This document shows positions 36,782 through 47,341 of a DNA stretch of 61,097 bases, piece after piece. Every line of letters starts with the position of its first letter. Position 1 is the first letter of the stretch. The stretch spans positions 1-61,097 of the forward strand of contig VEQR01000006.1 of assembly GCA_018883125.1 (NCBI GenBank). Direction: 5' to 3'. Position numbers and translations under genes: made by a program. The stretch comes from Candidatus Kapaibacterium sp. (GTDB lineage: Bacteria; Bacteroidota; Ignavibacteria; Kapaibacteriales; Kapaibacteriaceae). The notes under the pieces were generated by a model that was not told the origin of the DNA, made no database searches, and saw nothing but the letters and a program-made list of their open reading frames with translations.

Positions 36782-38209
36782 ATGAACATCCGAATTCGTC
36801 TCATTTCCCTGATGGTGATTCCCGTTGCCGGTATTTGTGCAACGTCGCAGACGTTCAGTACCAGCCAGATCGACAACAAGACACCCAATCCAATGGTGAT
36901 CTCCAACAGGTCCAGCAATGCACTCCCACTTCGGATTACCACCGGACCGTCAATGACACGTGCACTTGAGATCGGCCAGTCAGGAAACACGTGGCTACTC
37001 GGGCCCTTGGGCATTGGAAATGGTGTTGGCACAGCGCCCTTCGAGGCTGTGCGCATCGGCAGTCTTGCGGCCAGTGGTGGACGTGGTCTGACCATCACGC
37101 TTGATGCAACTTCAACTGCCACAGGACTGCTTGTGCGCGACGTTGGAAACTCGGGGAGTAATGACGCAGGTATCGTGATCTCAAGTCAGTCGAACGGAAT
37201 GGGAACCGGACTTCGTATAGGTGGGCCAACCGGAACTGGACGTCCAACACTTGGTACCGGAATCGATGTGACGGGTGGAACCGGAATACGGTACAATGCA
37301 CTGACCGCGGGGAATGGCGTGGCCATCGACATCGGCGGATCAACACCTCCGAGGCGGGGCATGGAGATCACTGCTTCCGGTTCACAGCACATCGGATTGG
37401 TTGCCCGTGCAAACACCACGGGTATGGGGATCATCGGCGTTTCTCAATCCTCCAGCTATGAGACGCTACCATTTTCTGAACGCACCGGGGTGCGAGGACA
37501 TGCCGCAACCAACTCGGGCATCGGTGCCGACACGATCATCGGCGTGATGGGCACAACGCAGCGAGGAGGAAGTGGCAGCACGCAGATCGTTTCAATCGGC
37601 GTCGTTGGAAATGCTGAGACCCTAGCATCCGGCAACGCCGGAACCACGCTTGGCATTTACGGTACGGCTACGTCGGCGGCAGCCGGCGTAGCCGTTGCCA
37701 TTGGTGGCGGCTTTCGAACGGATACCGGACAGATCGCGCTTCTGACCATTGGCGGCGATGTGATCCTCGGTGGTGAGCGGCCCCGTCTTCCGCCAATCTT
37801 CCAGATGTCCACTTTTCGAGAGATGCCGACACGCAATCGAACCTATGTCCATCATCTTCTATCGAGTGGGATGTCTCGCTTCTCCGGAGTAGCACTGACT
37901 CCAACACCGAACATCATTCTGCCCGCAGCCATTCCCGCGCTTGTTACCATCGGAGCCGGATCGGTGATCCGGTTGCAGGCTGATGTTAATGGGAGTGTTG
38001 TCGGTGGCATTCGCACCGATGCCGCCGACCGTTTGCTGACGCTTGTCGTAACTCAGGGGAACGTCACTCTCGTCAGTGAGAATCCAAATGTGGAAGCCGC
38101 AGATCGACTGCGTCTGAAGAATGGCGTTGCCCTGCAGCTCGGCGCCGATGACATGATACAACTCTGGTACGATCAGGAGATCCAGCGATGGCGATGCTAT
38201 TCGTTCTGA
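36782..38209 (+). CDS. Exported Gly/Thr/Ser-rich beta-solenoid-like protein C with a tailspike-like C-terminal domain
   Basis: Signal peptide; repeated G-hydrophobic-x-G units (IGVMG, IGVVG, LGIYG); C-terminal GGI...LTL...VTL...DRL...LWYD...RW. Confidence 0.6.
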   Translation: MNIRIRLISLMVIPVAGICATSQTFSTSQIDNKTPNPMVISNRSSNALPLRITTGPSMTRALEIGQSGNTWLLGPLGIGNGVGTAPFEAVRIGSLAASGGRGLTITLDATSTATGLLVRDVGNSGSNDAGIVISSQSNGMGTGLRIGGPTGTGRPTLGTGIDVTGGTGIRYNALTAGNGVAIDIGGSTPPRRGMEITASGSQHIGLVARANTTGMGIIGVSQSSSYETLPFSERTGVRGHAATNSGIGADTIIGVMGTTQRGGSGSTQIVSIGVVGNAETLASGNAGTTLGIYGTATSAAAGVAVAIGGGFRTDTGQIALLTIGGDVILGGERPRLPPIFQMSTFREMPTRNRTYVHHLLSSGMSRFSGVALTPTPNIILPAAIPALVTIGAGSVIRLQADVNGSVVGGIRTDAADRLLTLVVTQGNVTLVSENPNVEAADRLRLKNGVALQLGADDMIQLWYDQEIQRWRCYSF

Positions 38210-40260
38210 TGTGTATGGTCGCTGATGATTCGGTCCAGTTTGTGCAAAGCACCTGGGCGTGGAGTTCCGAAGCCTGTGGGAGTTCAATCACGGTACAACA
38301 GTCTCGATGGTTTGAGGCGGGGGACCACGTGCTGATCCATCGACCGACTTGCGACCATGAAGGAGATAGGCTTTCACATAACGTCGGCGAATGGTCTTGG
38401 AACGTCATCGATACCATCATCGGTCAGAGGATATACCTCACGCATTCGCTGCAGGAGCCCCTTAGCCGAGCGCGGCACTTGCAGATCATCCGTGCAGTAA
38501 CACCTGATGATAAGCGATTGCGCCGGCGCATCGTCTCAAGGCCGTGGAATGGTCTGCATGGTGGTGTCGTGGCCCTGTGGAGCGATGACACCGTTCACAT
38601 CGAATCACCGATATCCGCAACAAGCACCGGCTTTTACCAACCAACATTTGATTGGAACTCCTCCGATACCACGGCACGATTTGATGAACAGCCAACAGCG
38701 GTGCTGCCCGGCGATGGAATGGGTCCATGTAGCGTTCCACTGGTCAGCATCGACAGTCTTTCGTCGTGGGGACGTGGCGGCTTGAGTGGTCGCGCGCACA
38801 ATTCCGGTGGAGCCGGGGGGGCCTCAGCTGGACGCGGTGGCAACGGTGGATCAACATCTTCCGCATTCTCTCCGATCAACTCAATGCAAGGGGCTTCTGC
38901 TCGCCCCCTAGATGACGGCACCCGACTCGTGTTCGGATCCTCCGGAGGTGGGGGGCATGGCAATGACCTCGATGGCGGCCGTGGTGGTCGCGGAGGAGGA
39001 ATCATTGTGATACGTGCTCGACATATTCAATTTCACACCGGGAGTATTGTGAGTGCCGACGGCACCAATGGTCACGATGCCAGCCACGATGGCTCCGGCG
39101 GCGGTGGAGCTGGCGGCATGGTTCTTCTTGATGCTGAATCGGTCTCCGGTGATGGTTTGATCACCGCACGCGGTGGTCACGGTGGAACGTCCCGCTCAAC
39201 ACTGTTTCTCTGCGGACCGGGCGGGGGAGGCGCCGGAGGTAGCGTCATGTCAACCTCCGCCCTGCCCGCATCTGTACGCTGTATCGTAAGCGGTGGAGCA
39301 GCTGGTGCATCTTCGGCAATCAGCTCGGATTCGACGGCCGACCGAGGTGCGACGAGCGGAGGAGATGGTACATCAATCCATCCCATTGCACGTTGGAAGC
39401 CCCCTACCGCGGGGATCCCACGCGTGCGACTACGACAGGCTGACACGATGGTTGCCTTCGGATCGACAACGCTTTTGTGGACGGAGGGTGCAACGGCAAC
39501 CCAATGGCTCGACAACGTCCGTACCCTTGGCAGAGACTCAGTATCGACACCACCCATTGAGCGGGGACGGTGGTTTCGCGCACGGATGACACGTGCCGAC
39601 GGATGTGTGATCCTTGACAGTGTATACGTGCGCCCGTCACCGCAGGCGCGTACGCTGGTTGCCAGCATTGGCGATGCCCATGCACGCCCCGGCGACACGG
39701 TGGACGTCTATCTCAGCGTTCGTGCGACGTTTGCCCCACAACGAACGATCGAGGGGATTGTCTACGTATCAACCCACTCATACGTGCTCTTGCCGATAAC
39801 ATCATCGGGGTATGTGTCCGGAACTCGAACGCACATCAAGTTTCCCTTTCGACTCGGCGCAACGGCAGCAAGTACCTACCGGCGCGATCAACTGCGGGCG
39901 GCCCTGGGAGACTCCGCCTCAGTGCAGTTTCGGATTGACAGTGTCATCGTGAATGATTCATCGATTACTGTGCAGAAACGTCCAGGGCGCTTTACGCTGG
40001 ACGATCTCTGCGCAACAGACGGACGTGTGCGACTGTTCAGCCCTCAAATCGATGTGGCATTTCGTGGTCGAACCATCACGACTTCTGCCAATGAACTTTT
40101 CATCAGTGACGTCCTCGGCCGCATCCTTGCCCACCATAGCGCCAATGATAGTAAGGGGCTTGTCGTTACACTTGACCCCACCCTACGAGGACTGATCTTT
40201 ATTGCGGTGGTCGATGGGGAGTATATGCGGACGGTTCCATGGTGGATAAGCGCCGACTAA
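38188..40260 (+). CDS. Glycine-rich exported protein with cohesin-like and degenerate T9SS-like C-terminus
   Basis: F.AGDHVLI, WNGLHGGVVAL, long GGxGG tracts, ARPGDTV cohesin-like start, ISDVLGR..G.IFI C-terminus. Confidence 0.7.
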   Translation: MAMLFVLMCMVADDSVQFVQSTWAWSSEACGSSITVQQSRWFEAGDHVLIHRPTCDHEGDRLSHNVGEWSWNVIDTIIGQRIYLTHSLQEPLSRARHLQIIRAVTPDDKRLRRRIVSRPWNGLHGGVVALWSDDTVHIESPISATSTGFYQPTFDWNSSDTTARFDEQPTAVLPGDGMGPCSVPLVSIDSLSSWGRGGLSGRAHNSGGAGGASAGRGGNGGSTSSAFSPINSMQGASARPLDDGTRLVFGSSGGGGHGNDLDGGRGGRGGGIIVIRARHIQFHTGSIVSADGTNGHDASHDGSGGGGAGGMVLLDAESVSGDGLITARGGHGGTSRSTLFLCGPGGGGAGGSVMSTSALPASVRCIVSGGAAGASSAISSDSTADRGATSGGDGTSIHPIARWKPPTAGIPRVRLRQADTMVAFGSTTLLWTEGATATQWLDNVRTLGRDSVSTPPIERGRWFRARMTRADGCVILDSVYVRPSPQARTLVASIGDAHARPGDTVDVYLSVRATFAPQRTIEGIVYVSTHSYVLLPITSSGYVSGTRTHIKFPFRLGATAASTYRRDQLRAALGDSASVQFRIDSVIVNDSSITVQKRPGRFTLDDLCATDGRVRLFSPQIDVAFRGRTITTSANELFISDVLGRILAHHSANDSKGLVVTLDPTLRGLIFIAVVDGEYMRTVPWWISAD

Positions 40261-40261
40261 C

Positions 40262-41764
40262 TCATCTGGTCTTGTTGATGAGCAGTAGTGCACTCATGCG
40301 GCCTTGGCGCCAGCCGGCCGACTGTTCTTCGGTGATGCGGCCCGGGCCGATGGATTCGTTTCCGAGGAGTACGTCAATGTCACCGTCGCCATCAACGTCT
40401 GCGGCATCACTTACCAGCCAACGGCCGCGATCGGCCATGGGCAACGACCACATTGTAACTGCTGGTGTGAACGCTGCAGTTTCCAATCGCAGAAGGTCGA
40501 AGTCGCCGCGCTCGAGTCGGGGGAAATAGCTGTAGGAGAGCATATCCTGCAGGCCATCAAGGTCAAAGTCCCGAACAATCGCTCCATAGGCTCCGTCAAA
40601 AGGACGGAATGTCGTGTCCGTTACGCGTCCGAGCTTGTCGAGGCGGAACACATAGCTGCCGTGATAGGGCTTGTATGGCGGCATCAGATAATCGCCATTG
40701 TCTCCCGCAGTTACCAGCAAATCATCTTTTCCATCGCGGTCTACGTCTGCAAAACTGAAGGACGATGAGCCGTAACTCGGCGGAAAGGTGATGATCTCTC
40801 GAGATTCAAATCGCCCCTTACCCTTGTTGATATGCACGAAGATCCCTTCACGGGCCTGGGCCATCAATACGACGATGTCCTTGCGACCGTCGCCATTGAC
40901 ATCACGGATTTCTGTGCGGATCGCTCCCGGCTGTGCGACGAGCTCATGATACAACCAGCGCTTTCCTCGACGCTCGAACCAGCCGAGACGACCTAGTAGA
41001 TTTCCGAACTCACAGACCAGCAGATCATCCGAACCATCGCCATTGAAGTCTTCAACGCTGATGTGCGTTGGACGTCGGAGGGAATCAATGATGCGATTCA
41101 CCGTATAGGTGTCTCCCTTCCACTGCACCGCCACAACAGCACCTACGGCGGAATCGTGCGGGAGTAGCTTTCCCATATCCGTAACGTACCACGTTGATCC
41201 ACGGATAGCGATCGAACTCACCGGACCGCCGATGGCAATGGTCGTTAGGATCTTACCGGCACTGCTATAGACATTCATGGAGCCACTCATTGCATCTGCC
41301 GTGATGAACCTCCGGGAGAGGGCATCAAAACGCGCGAGAATCGTCATGGGCATACAGGCATCATCACAGAACACCGGAGTCGCTTCAAACACTGTGCTTG
41401 GTCCCGTTACCTTCGGCATGGGTGTGGATGGCAACTCTTCCGGGGCATTGTCGATGTACCAATTCGCAACAGCGAACCACTCATCCTCGGTCATCGTCGG
41501 CACGGACGGATACATCGCCTGCAGATCATGCGGCATGAGTTCGCGGCTTGGATTCTGATCCAGACCAATGTATTGACGCATCATCGGGAAGACCTTCGTC
41601 AGCCACGTCGAACGATCGAGATGCTCGGGAAGGGGCTTCACATGACACGTCTGACAGTACCGGTCGGCAAGCTTCTTGCCGTCATCCTCGACGTGTGCAG
41701 CGAGAGAAAGCATCCCGCACAGCAGCGCCGTGAGCGCACCACCAACGAGGAAGACTCTTCTCAT
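40262..41764 (-). CDS. Exported monoheme cytochrome c plus FG-GAP/VCBS beta-propeller protein
   Basis: Signal peptide; CQTCH; five DxxxDGxxD motifs; start 41764 ATGA-coupled to purB. Confidence 0.85.
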   Translation of the reverse strand: MRRVFLVGGALTALLCGMLSLAAHVEDDGKKLADRYCQTCHVKPLPEHLDRSTWLTKVFPMMRQYIGLDQNPSRELMPHDLQAMYPSVPTMTEDEWFAVANWYIDNAPEELPSTPMPKVTGPSTVFEATPVFCDDACMPMTILARFDALSRRFITADAMSGSMNVYSSAGKILTTIAIGGPVSSIAIRGSTWYVTDMGKLLPHDSAVGAVVAVQWKGDTYTVNRIIDSLRRPTHISVEDFNGDGSDDLLVCEFGNLLGRLGWFERRGKRWLYHELVAQPGAIRTEIRDVNGDGRKDIVVLMAQAREGIFVHINKGKGRFESREIITFPPSYGSSSFSFADVDRDGKDDLLVTAGDNGDYLMPPYKPYHGSYVFRLDKLGRVTDTTFRPFDGAYGAIVRDFDLDGLQDMLSYSYFPRLERGDFDLLRLETAAFTPAVTMWSLPMADRGRWLVSDAADVDGDGDIDVLLGNESIGPGRITEEQSAGWRQGRMSALLLINKTR

Positions 41765-43059
41765 TGGCTCAACCCGCACCGCTCGAAGATCACATCCACG
41801 TTCTTCAGCATACGGTTCGGGTCGAAGATTGCGTCGAGTTCTTCGGACGAGATGTGCGACATCAGATCGGCGTCTTCACTGAGTGTTTGTCGAAGCGGCA
41901 GGCGTGTTTCCCAGGTGCGCATTGCGTTGCGTTGCACCATGCGATAGGCGTCCTCACGGGTGATGTCCTTGCGCACCAGAGCCAGCATAACCGACTGGGA
42001 ATAGGGAAGTCCGCTGGTAAGCTCGAGATTGCGCTTCATATTCTCGGGATACACAACAAGTCGATCCACGAGCCCCGTTGCCAGATGCAGCATGTAATCC
42101 AGCGTGATGGTCGAGTCCGGACAGATCACCCGCTCAACAGAACTGTGCGATATATCGCGCTCGTGCCAGAGCGCATTGTTCTCGATGGCTGCCATGGCGT
42201 TGCCACGAAGCAGACGCGCCAGACCGCAGATACGCTCGCTGACGATTGGATTGCGCTTATGCGGCATGGCCGACGAACCCTTTTGTCCGGGAGAGAAATA
42301 CTCCTCGGCTTCAAGGACTTCCGTCCTCTGCAAATGGCGCACCTCAATGGCGATTTTCTCAAGGAATGCGCCGATGATGGCCAGTGTGCTCATGTACTCT
42401 GCATGACGGTCTCGCTGGATAACCTGCGTGCTGACGGGGGCAGGCTGAAGACCAAGTTTTTCGCAGACATATTCTTCGACGGCAGGTGAGAGGTGCTCGA
42501 ACGTTCCAACGGCGCCGGAGATCATTCCAACGCTGATCGTTGCCAGTGCATGCTCCATGCGTGTGATGCTGCGGCGGCATTCCTCATGCCACAGCGCAAG
42601 CTTCAAACCGAACGTCGTTGGCTCAGCGTGAATACCGTGTGAGCGTCCGATACAGACGGTGTTCTTGAACTCAATCGCTCGACGATGAAGGATAGCCTGC
42701 AGGTTCTTCAGGTCTTCCAGCAGTAGAACGCCTGCCTGCTTGAGTTGTACGGCAAGGCATGTATCAAGCACATCGCTCGACGTCATGCCAAGATGAATAA
42801 ACCGCGAGGCTGGTCCGACGTACTCTGCAACATTGGTCGTAAAGGCGATCACATCGTGTTTCGTCGTCTCTTCGATCTCAAGGATTCGGTCCACATCGAA
42901 CGATGCCTTGCTGCGGATCTCGGCAACGGCATCCTTGGGGATCACACCAAGTTCTGCCTGAGCTTCGCAGGCCAGGATCTCAATTTCAAGCCAAATGCGG
43001 TACTTGTTCTCGTCAGACCAGATGGCACCCATGTCCGGGCGCGTGTAGCGTTGAATCAT
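41761..43059 (-). CDS. purB: Adenylosuccinate lyase
   Basis: MIQRY, HDVIAF, HLGMTSSD, GRSHGIHAEPTT, GSSAMPHKRNP. Confidence 0.97.
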   Translation of the reverse strand: MIQRYTRPDMGAIWSDENKYRIWLEIEILACEAQAELGVIPKDAVAEIRSKASFDVDRILEIEETTKHDVIAFTTNVAEYVGPASRFIHLGMTSSDVLDTCLAVQLKQAGVLLLEDLKNLQAILHRRAIEFKNTVCIGRSHGIHAEPTTFGLKLALWHEECRRSITRMEHALATISVGMISGAVGTFEHLSPAVEEYVCEKLGLQPAPVSTQVIQRDRHAEYMSTLAIIGAFLEKIAIEVRHLQRTEVLEAEEYFSPGQKGSSAMPHKRNPIVSERICGLARLLRGNAMAAIENNALWHERDISHSSVERVICPDSTITLDYMLHLATGLVDRLVVYPENMKRNLELTSGLPYSQSVMLALVRKDITREDAYRMVQRNAMRTWETRLPLRQTLSEDADLMSHISSEELDAIFDPNRMLKNVDVIFERCGLSQ

Positions 43060-43107
43060 CGTTGTTCTTCATGATGCAGTGTAAAGCAAATCTCTCAGCA
43101 GAAGCTG

Positions 43108-43117
43108 TGCAAAGCTA
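43108..43117 (-). promoter_or_regulatory. Putative -7 promoter box TAGCTTTGCA for purB
   Basis: Exact TAnnTTTG match in the 100-nt intergenic gap. Confidence 0.6.
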
Positions 43118-43159
43118 CAACGCACCAACAAGCCGAATACCCGGAATCAGCAAACCCCA

Positions 43160-43810
43160 CTATCGGGGCCGAAACTCCTGGTGATACTCCGGGGCAAACA
43201 GCACCGGATCGTCCGGAGTGCGTCCGGCAGCAAGCATTCGCCATGCAGCGAAGGCAACAAACCGCGCAGAGTGGCGCGTTAGTCCGCTAACTGGATGAGG
43301 ATCTCGCCGAATTGCTCCCGGACCCACGATCAACGTTGCGTCATCGGCGATAGAATCGAGTTCGTGCACCGTCATTAGCTCGACACATGCCAGATGTGTG
43401 GGATCATCCACGGGGCTCCTTGCAACGTAGAACAGGTCCTTGTGCGATGGGATTACGCAGACGATTGACGCAGCGCCTGAGCGCTGCGCAACCTCGGTTG
43501 AGGCGTGCAAGAGCGCCGTCGTAGTCGGCACGCCAATAAGCTCCGCCTTTGAAGCAACGCAGAGCCCCTTAGCCATTGAGACACCGATGCGCAGACCGGT
43601 GAATGAGCCGGGGCCGCTTGAAACGGCAACGTAGGAAAGATCACGCACGGCAACATCAGCGCCAATGCACACCTGTGTGATCAGGTCCGCGAGTTTGGCG
43701 TCGTGAACATTCGGTCGAATGATCTCGATGGATGCGGCAAGTGCTCCGTCGATGGACACTGCCACGCTGCAGACCGAGCCACTGGTTTCGATGGCAAGAA
43801 GTGACGTCAC
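43160..43810 (-). CDS. tsaB: tRNA t6A biosynthesis protein TsaB
   Basis: LAIETSG..CSVA, GPGSFTGLRIG. Confidence 0.93.
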   Translation of the reverse strand: MTSLLAIETSGSVCSVAVSIDGALAASIEIIRPNVHDAKLADLITQVCIGADVAVRDLSYVAVSSGPGSFTGLRIGVSMAKGLCVASKAELIGVPTTTALLHASTEVAQRSGAASIVCVIPSHKDLFYVARSPVDDPTHLACVELMTVHELDSIADDATLIVGPGAIRRDPHPVSGLTRHSARFVAFAAWRMLAAGRTPDDPVLFAPEYHQEFRPR

Positions 43811-46800
43811 TCCAAGTCCTCCGCATGTACACTGCCGATGCTGCGGACGACCGATGCAAAGCGATCAAGAACGAACTGTGCCTCGTGTCGGTCGGACAGG
43901 ATCACTTCAATCACGAGTCGCTTGCCATGCTGAACAAGGCGAGCATTGCTGAACTCTGCTAGCGGCGTCATCAGACGCTGGAACACCTCGTCGTACCATG
44001 CCGTGTTCTCTTCGGCCGGCAGCTCAACGATCATGCGCTCGCCACGTACCGCAACTCGGACAAAACCAGTCGGAATGGCCGCAATTCGCAGTCGCACAGC
44101 GTAGAGCAACTCTTCGGCCTCCGGCGGAAGTGCGCCGAAGCGATCGCGCAATTCATCATAAACAACATCCACCTGACGCTGCTCTGTGGCGTTGTAGAGT
44201 CGACGATAGACATCGTATCGATCGGTGTCCGCAGGGATGAATGAATGCGGAATAAGCGCATCCGTATCGAGCTCAACGGCAACATCATTGTTGGCAAAGC
44301 TTCTTCGTCGGGCCGAGTCATCCGGGAACAGCTCCTGAAACTCATCATGGCGTAGCTCAAGCACTGCCTCTTCGAGGATCTTCTGATAGAGTTCGAATCC
44401 CATTTCGAGGATAAAGCCGCTCTGCTCGCCGCCCAGCAGGTTACCGGCGCCACGAATTTCTAGATCGCGCATGGCCAGCTTGAATCCGGAACCGAGATCG
44501 GTGTATTCTTCCAGAGCTTGGAGCCTGCGCAACGCCATTCGCGATAGAGTATGCGGAGGCGGGATCAGCAGGTAGCAATATGCCTGCGTGTTAGACCTGC
44601 CGACGCGACCACGGAGCTGATAGAGCTCGGCAAGACCGAAGTTGTCTGAGTTTTCAATGATCATCGTATTGGCATTCGGAATGTCCAGGCCTGACTCAAT
44701 GATCTTTGTTGCAATGAGGACGTCGTACTTACGCTCGAGGAAGCCCTCCATCACGTCTTCGAGAACCTCTGCCTCCATCTGCCCGTGGGCAACGGCAACA
44801 CGCAGCGCCGGCACGAGCATCTTGATCTTCATCGAAAGCTTGTCGATATCCTTGATACGGTCTGTCACAACAAAACACTGTCCGCCACGCTCAAGCTCGC
44901 GTAAGAGTGCTTCGCGCATGATGTCATCATTCCATTCAACGATCTCCGTTCTCACCGGAAGTCGATTGCGAGGGGGCGTCTCGATGACGGAAAGATCTCG
45001 GGCACCCATGAGCGAGAAATTCAGCGTCCGCGGAATCGGCGTTGCCGTAAGCGTCAATGTGTCAACCGTCGTGCGCAGTTGACGCAGTTTCTCCTTGGCC
45101 GCAACACCGAAACGATGCTCCTCGTCGATGATCAATAGTCCAAGCTCTTTGAACAAGACATCCTTGCTTAACAGTCGATGCGTACCAACGACAATGTCCA
45201 CACTACCATCGGAGATCCTCTGAAGGATTTCCTTTTGCTCCTGACGAGATCGAAAGCGCGAAAGCACCTCGATGCGCACCGGGTAGCGCCGTAAGCGGTC
45301 CCGGAAAGTGACCCCGTGCTGCTCGGCAAGAATGGTTGTAGGCACGAGTACGGCCACCTGCTTGCCCGACTGTGCGGCCTTGAAGGCCGCACGCACGGCT
45401 ACTTCGGTCTTCCCAAATCCAACGTCACCGCAAACCAAACGGTCCATCGGCGTGGGTGATTCCATGTCGAACTTCACTTCTGCCGTTGCTCGTGCCTGAT
45501 CGGGCGTGTCTTCGTACTGGAACGATGCCTCGAACTCGTTCTGCCAGATACTGTCGACGGGATAGGCAAAGCCTGCCTGCGACTTTCGCGCAGCATAAAG
45601 CTTGATCAGATCCCGAGCAATGTCCTTGATGCGCTTCTTTGCGCGGGCTTTCTTCCGCTCCCACTCAACGCTGCCAAGTTTGGAGAGCTTCGGAACAGCC
45701 CCTTCCTCACTGGCATACTTTGAAAGTTTATGAACGTAGTTCAGGTGGACGTATAAGTGGTCTCCGCCAGAGAACTCCAGCTTGACGCATTCTTGAGAAG
45801 ACCCATTGATGACGATCGTATGAAGGCCGAGGTACTTGCCAAGCCCCTTGTCCTCATGGACGAGAATGTCGCCGATCTGCATCTGCTGCAGATCACGCAC
45901 CGAAAAGCCGGACTCTGTGCGCTTGGGCCTGCGCTGGGCGCGTTGACGTCCGAAGACTTGGTGCTCTGTGAAGCAGGCAACGCCTATGTCTTCCCAGATG
46001 AAACCAGCACTCAGTGCCGATGATATCCACGTCACACCATTGAGAGCCCCAACAAGCAGATCACCGGATGACGGGTCATCGGATTCAACCTGATCGACGA
46101 TGCTCTCACACAACTCCCGCAATCGTCGCACATTTTGCTGTCCGTCAGCTCCCACGTAGGGCGTCAGCGAGCGCACCTGCTGCGCAGCGCTCGAGCGAAG
46201 CAACTGTTCAACTGACGCGCCCATCGATGGCTGAGGCTGACATTTTACGCGCATCTCGGTCTCTCCGAGCGGGTTCAGCAGCAATCTTGTAGTCCACGAG
46301 GCGAGTTGGGATCGCTGGTACTCTAAATCGCGGTTATGCAGTTCCGCGTCGACAGCTTCCGGTGAATCGATGACCAGCAGCGAATCCGACGGAATATGTT
46401 CGAGGATTGATGCTTCGAGTGCGGCATCATCCTGATGGTATATCTTGGCCAGGAATGTCACCTGGGAGTGCTCGCGGATGCTTCGCTGGGAAAGGGGCTC
46501 AAACTCGCGGATCGACTCTACGGCATCTCCCCAGAACTCAAATCGTAAGGGGCTTTCCCATCCTGATGGGAACACATCGACGATTCCGCCGCGGATGGCG
46601 ATCTGTCCGGGTTTCGAGACATAATCCGTCCTCTCAAATCCGGAAACAAGCAAGCTGGTGATGGTCTCCTCATAGGCAAGCCGCTGACCGCGTTCGATCG
46701 TTAACGTCGAGCTGCGCACATCACCCGCAACGGGTGCTCTAAGACCCAGCGCTGCAGCAGAGCAGACGATGATAAAACGCTGACCTTCATGAACAGATCC

Positions 46801-47133
46801 GAGTGCATCCATCTGTTCATGATGAACCATTCCACCGGCGGCCAGAGCACTCTGACGTTGGGCACCATGAATGCCCACAACCTGATCTGCTCCCAGCAGT
46901 ACTGAAAAATCATGCACATACTGATCAACATCGGTATCATCGGCAACAATCACAATTGCCGAGACTGACCCCATTTGCCAGAGTGCACCGATGAGCAATG
47001 ACCGGGCAGAGCCGGTTAGCGTCTTCACCGATACGAAATGGTGTTCTGTAAGCTGCCGGGCGCAATCCAGCACGCAGGCGGATGAGGTAGCCGCCTGCAG
47101 GATTGGGTCATATCCTGTGATGATGTGTCGCAT
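43807..47133 (-). CDS. mfd: Transcription-repair coupling factor
   Basis: RGGIVD, CarD-like [52 protein letters not shown]. Confidence 0.97.
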   Translation of the reverse strand: MRHIITGYDPILQAATSSACVLDCARQLTEHHFVSVKTLTGSARSLLIGALWQMGSVSAIVIVADDTDVDQYVHDFSVLLGADQVVGIHGAQRQSALAAGGMVHHEQMDALGSVHEGQRFIIVCSAAALGLRAPVAGDVRSSTLTIERGQRLAYEETITSLLVSGFERTDYVSKPGQIAIRGGIVDVFPSGWESPLRFEFWGDAVESIREFEPLSQRSIREHSQVTFLAKIYHQDDAALEASILEHIPSDSLLVIDSPEAVDAELHNRDLEYQRSQLASWTTRLLLNPLGETEMRVKCQPQPSMGASVEQLLRSSAAQQVRSLTPYVGADGQQNVRRLRELCESIVDQVESDDPSSGDLLVGALNGVTWISSALSAGFIWEDIGVACFTEHQVFGRQRAQRRPKRTESGFSVRDLQQMQIGDILVHEDKGLGKYLGLHTIVINGSSQECVKLEFSGGDHLYVHLNYVHKLSKYASEEGAVPKLSKLGSVEWERKKARAKKRIKDIARDLIKLYAARKSQAGFAYPVDSIWQNEFEASFQYEDTPDQARATAEVKFDMESPTPMDRLVCGDVGFGKTEVAVRAAFKAAQSGKQVAVLVPTTILAEQHGVTFRDRLRRYPVRIEVLSRFRSRQEQKEILQRISDGSVDIVVGTHRLLSKDVLFKELGLLIIDEEHRFGVAAKEKLRQLRTTVDTLTLTATPIPRTLNFSLMGARDLSVIETPPRNRLPVRTEIVEWNDDIMREALLRELERGGQCFVVTDRIKDIDKLSMKIKMLVPALRVAVAHGQMEAEVLEDVMEGFLERKYDVLIATKIIESGLDIPNANTMIIENSDNFGLAELYQLRGRVGRSNTQAYCYLLIPPPHTLSRMALRRLQALEEYTDLGSGFKLAMRDLEIRGAGNLLGGEQSGFILEMGFELYQKILEEAVLELRHDEFQELFPDDSARRRSFANNDVAVELDTDALIPHSFIPADTDRYDVYRRLYNATEQRQVDVVYDELRDRFGALPPEAEELLYAVRLRIAAIPTGFVRVAVRGERMIVELPAEENTAWYDEVFQRLMTPLAEFSNARLVQHGKRLVIEVILSDRHEAQFVLDRFASVVRSIGSVHAEDLE

Positions 47134-47161
47134 GTGGTGGTGTTCGGAGACAATGAGCCCC

Positions 47162-47341
47162 CTAACGTCGCCTCTGGGATTCGAAATACTCGCGCATCAA
47201 TTTCTGACGCTCCATTTTGCGGTTGTACCTCTCACACATTCCGCCATTGAGCACAAGGACCACGAGGACGACCCCAAACAGCAAAGCCATGATAATGGGA
47301 GCCTTTGGTGTTGGCCGCTGTTGCGGTTCCGTATCACTCAT
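47162..47341 (-). CDS. Small (59 aa) single-pass membrane protein
   Basis: ATGA-coupled to the prmA stop; hydrophobic IIMALLFGVVLVVLVL followed by a charged tail. Confidence 0.6.
   Translation of the reverse strand: MSDTEPQQRPTPKAPIIMALLFGVVLVVLVLNGGMCERYNRKMERQKLMREYFESQRRR

Noticed and set aside
34987-38209. Prophage remnant or contractile injection system
   Set aside because: No structural, packaging, lysis or integrase genes are present; the proteins carry signal peptides and the ORFs are intact.
41764-42489. 241-aa ORF antisense to purB
   Set aside because: Antisense shadow with no independent evidence.
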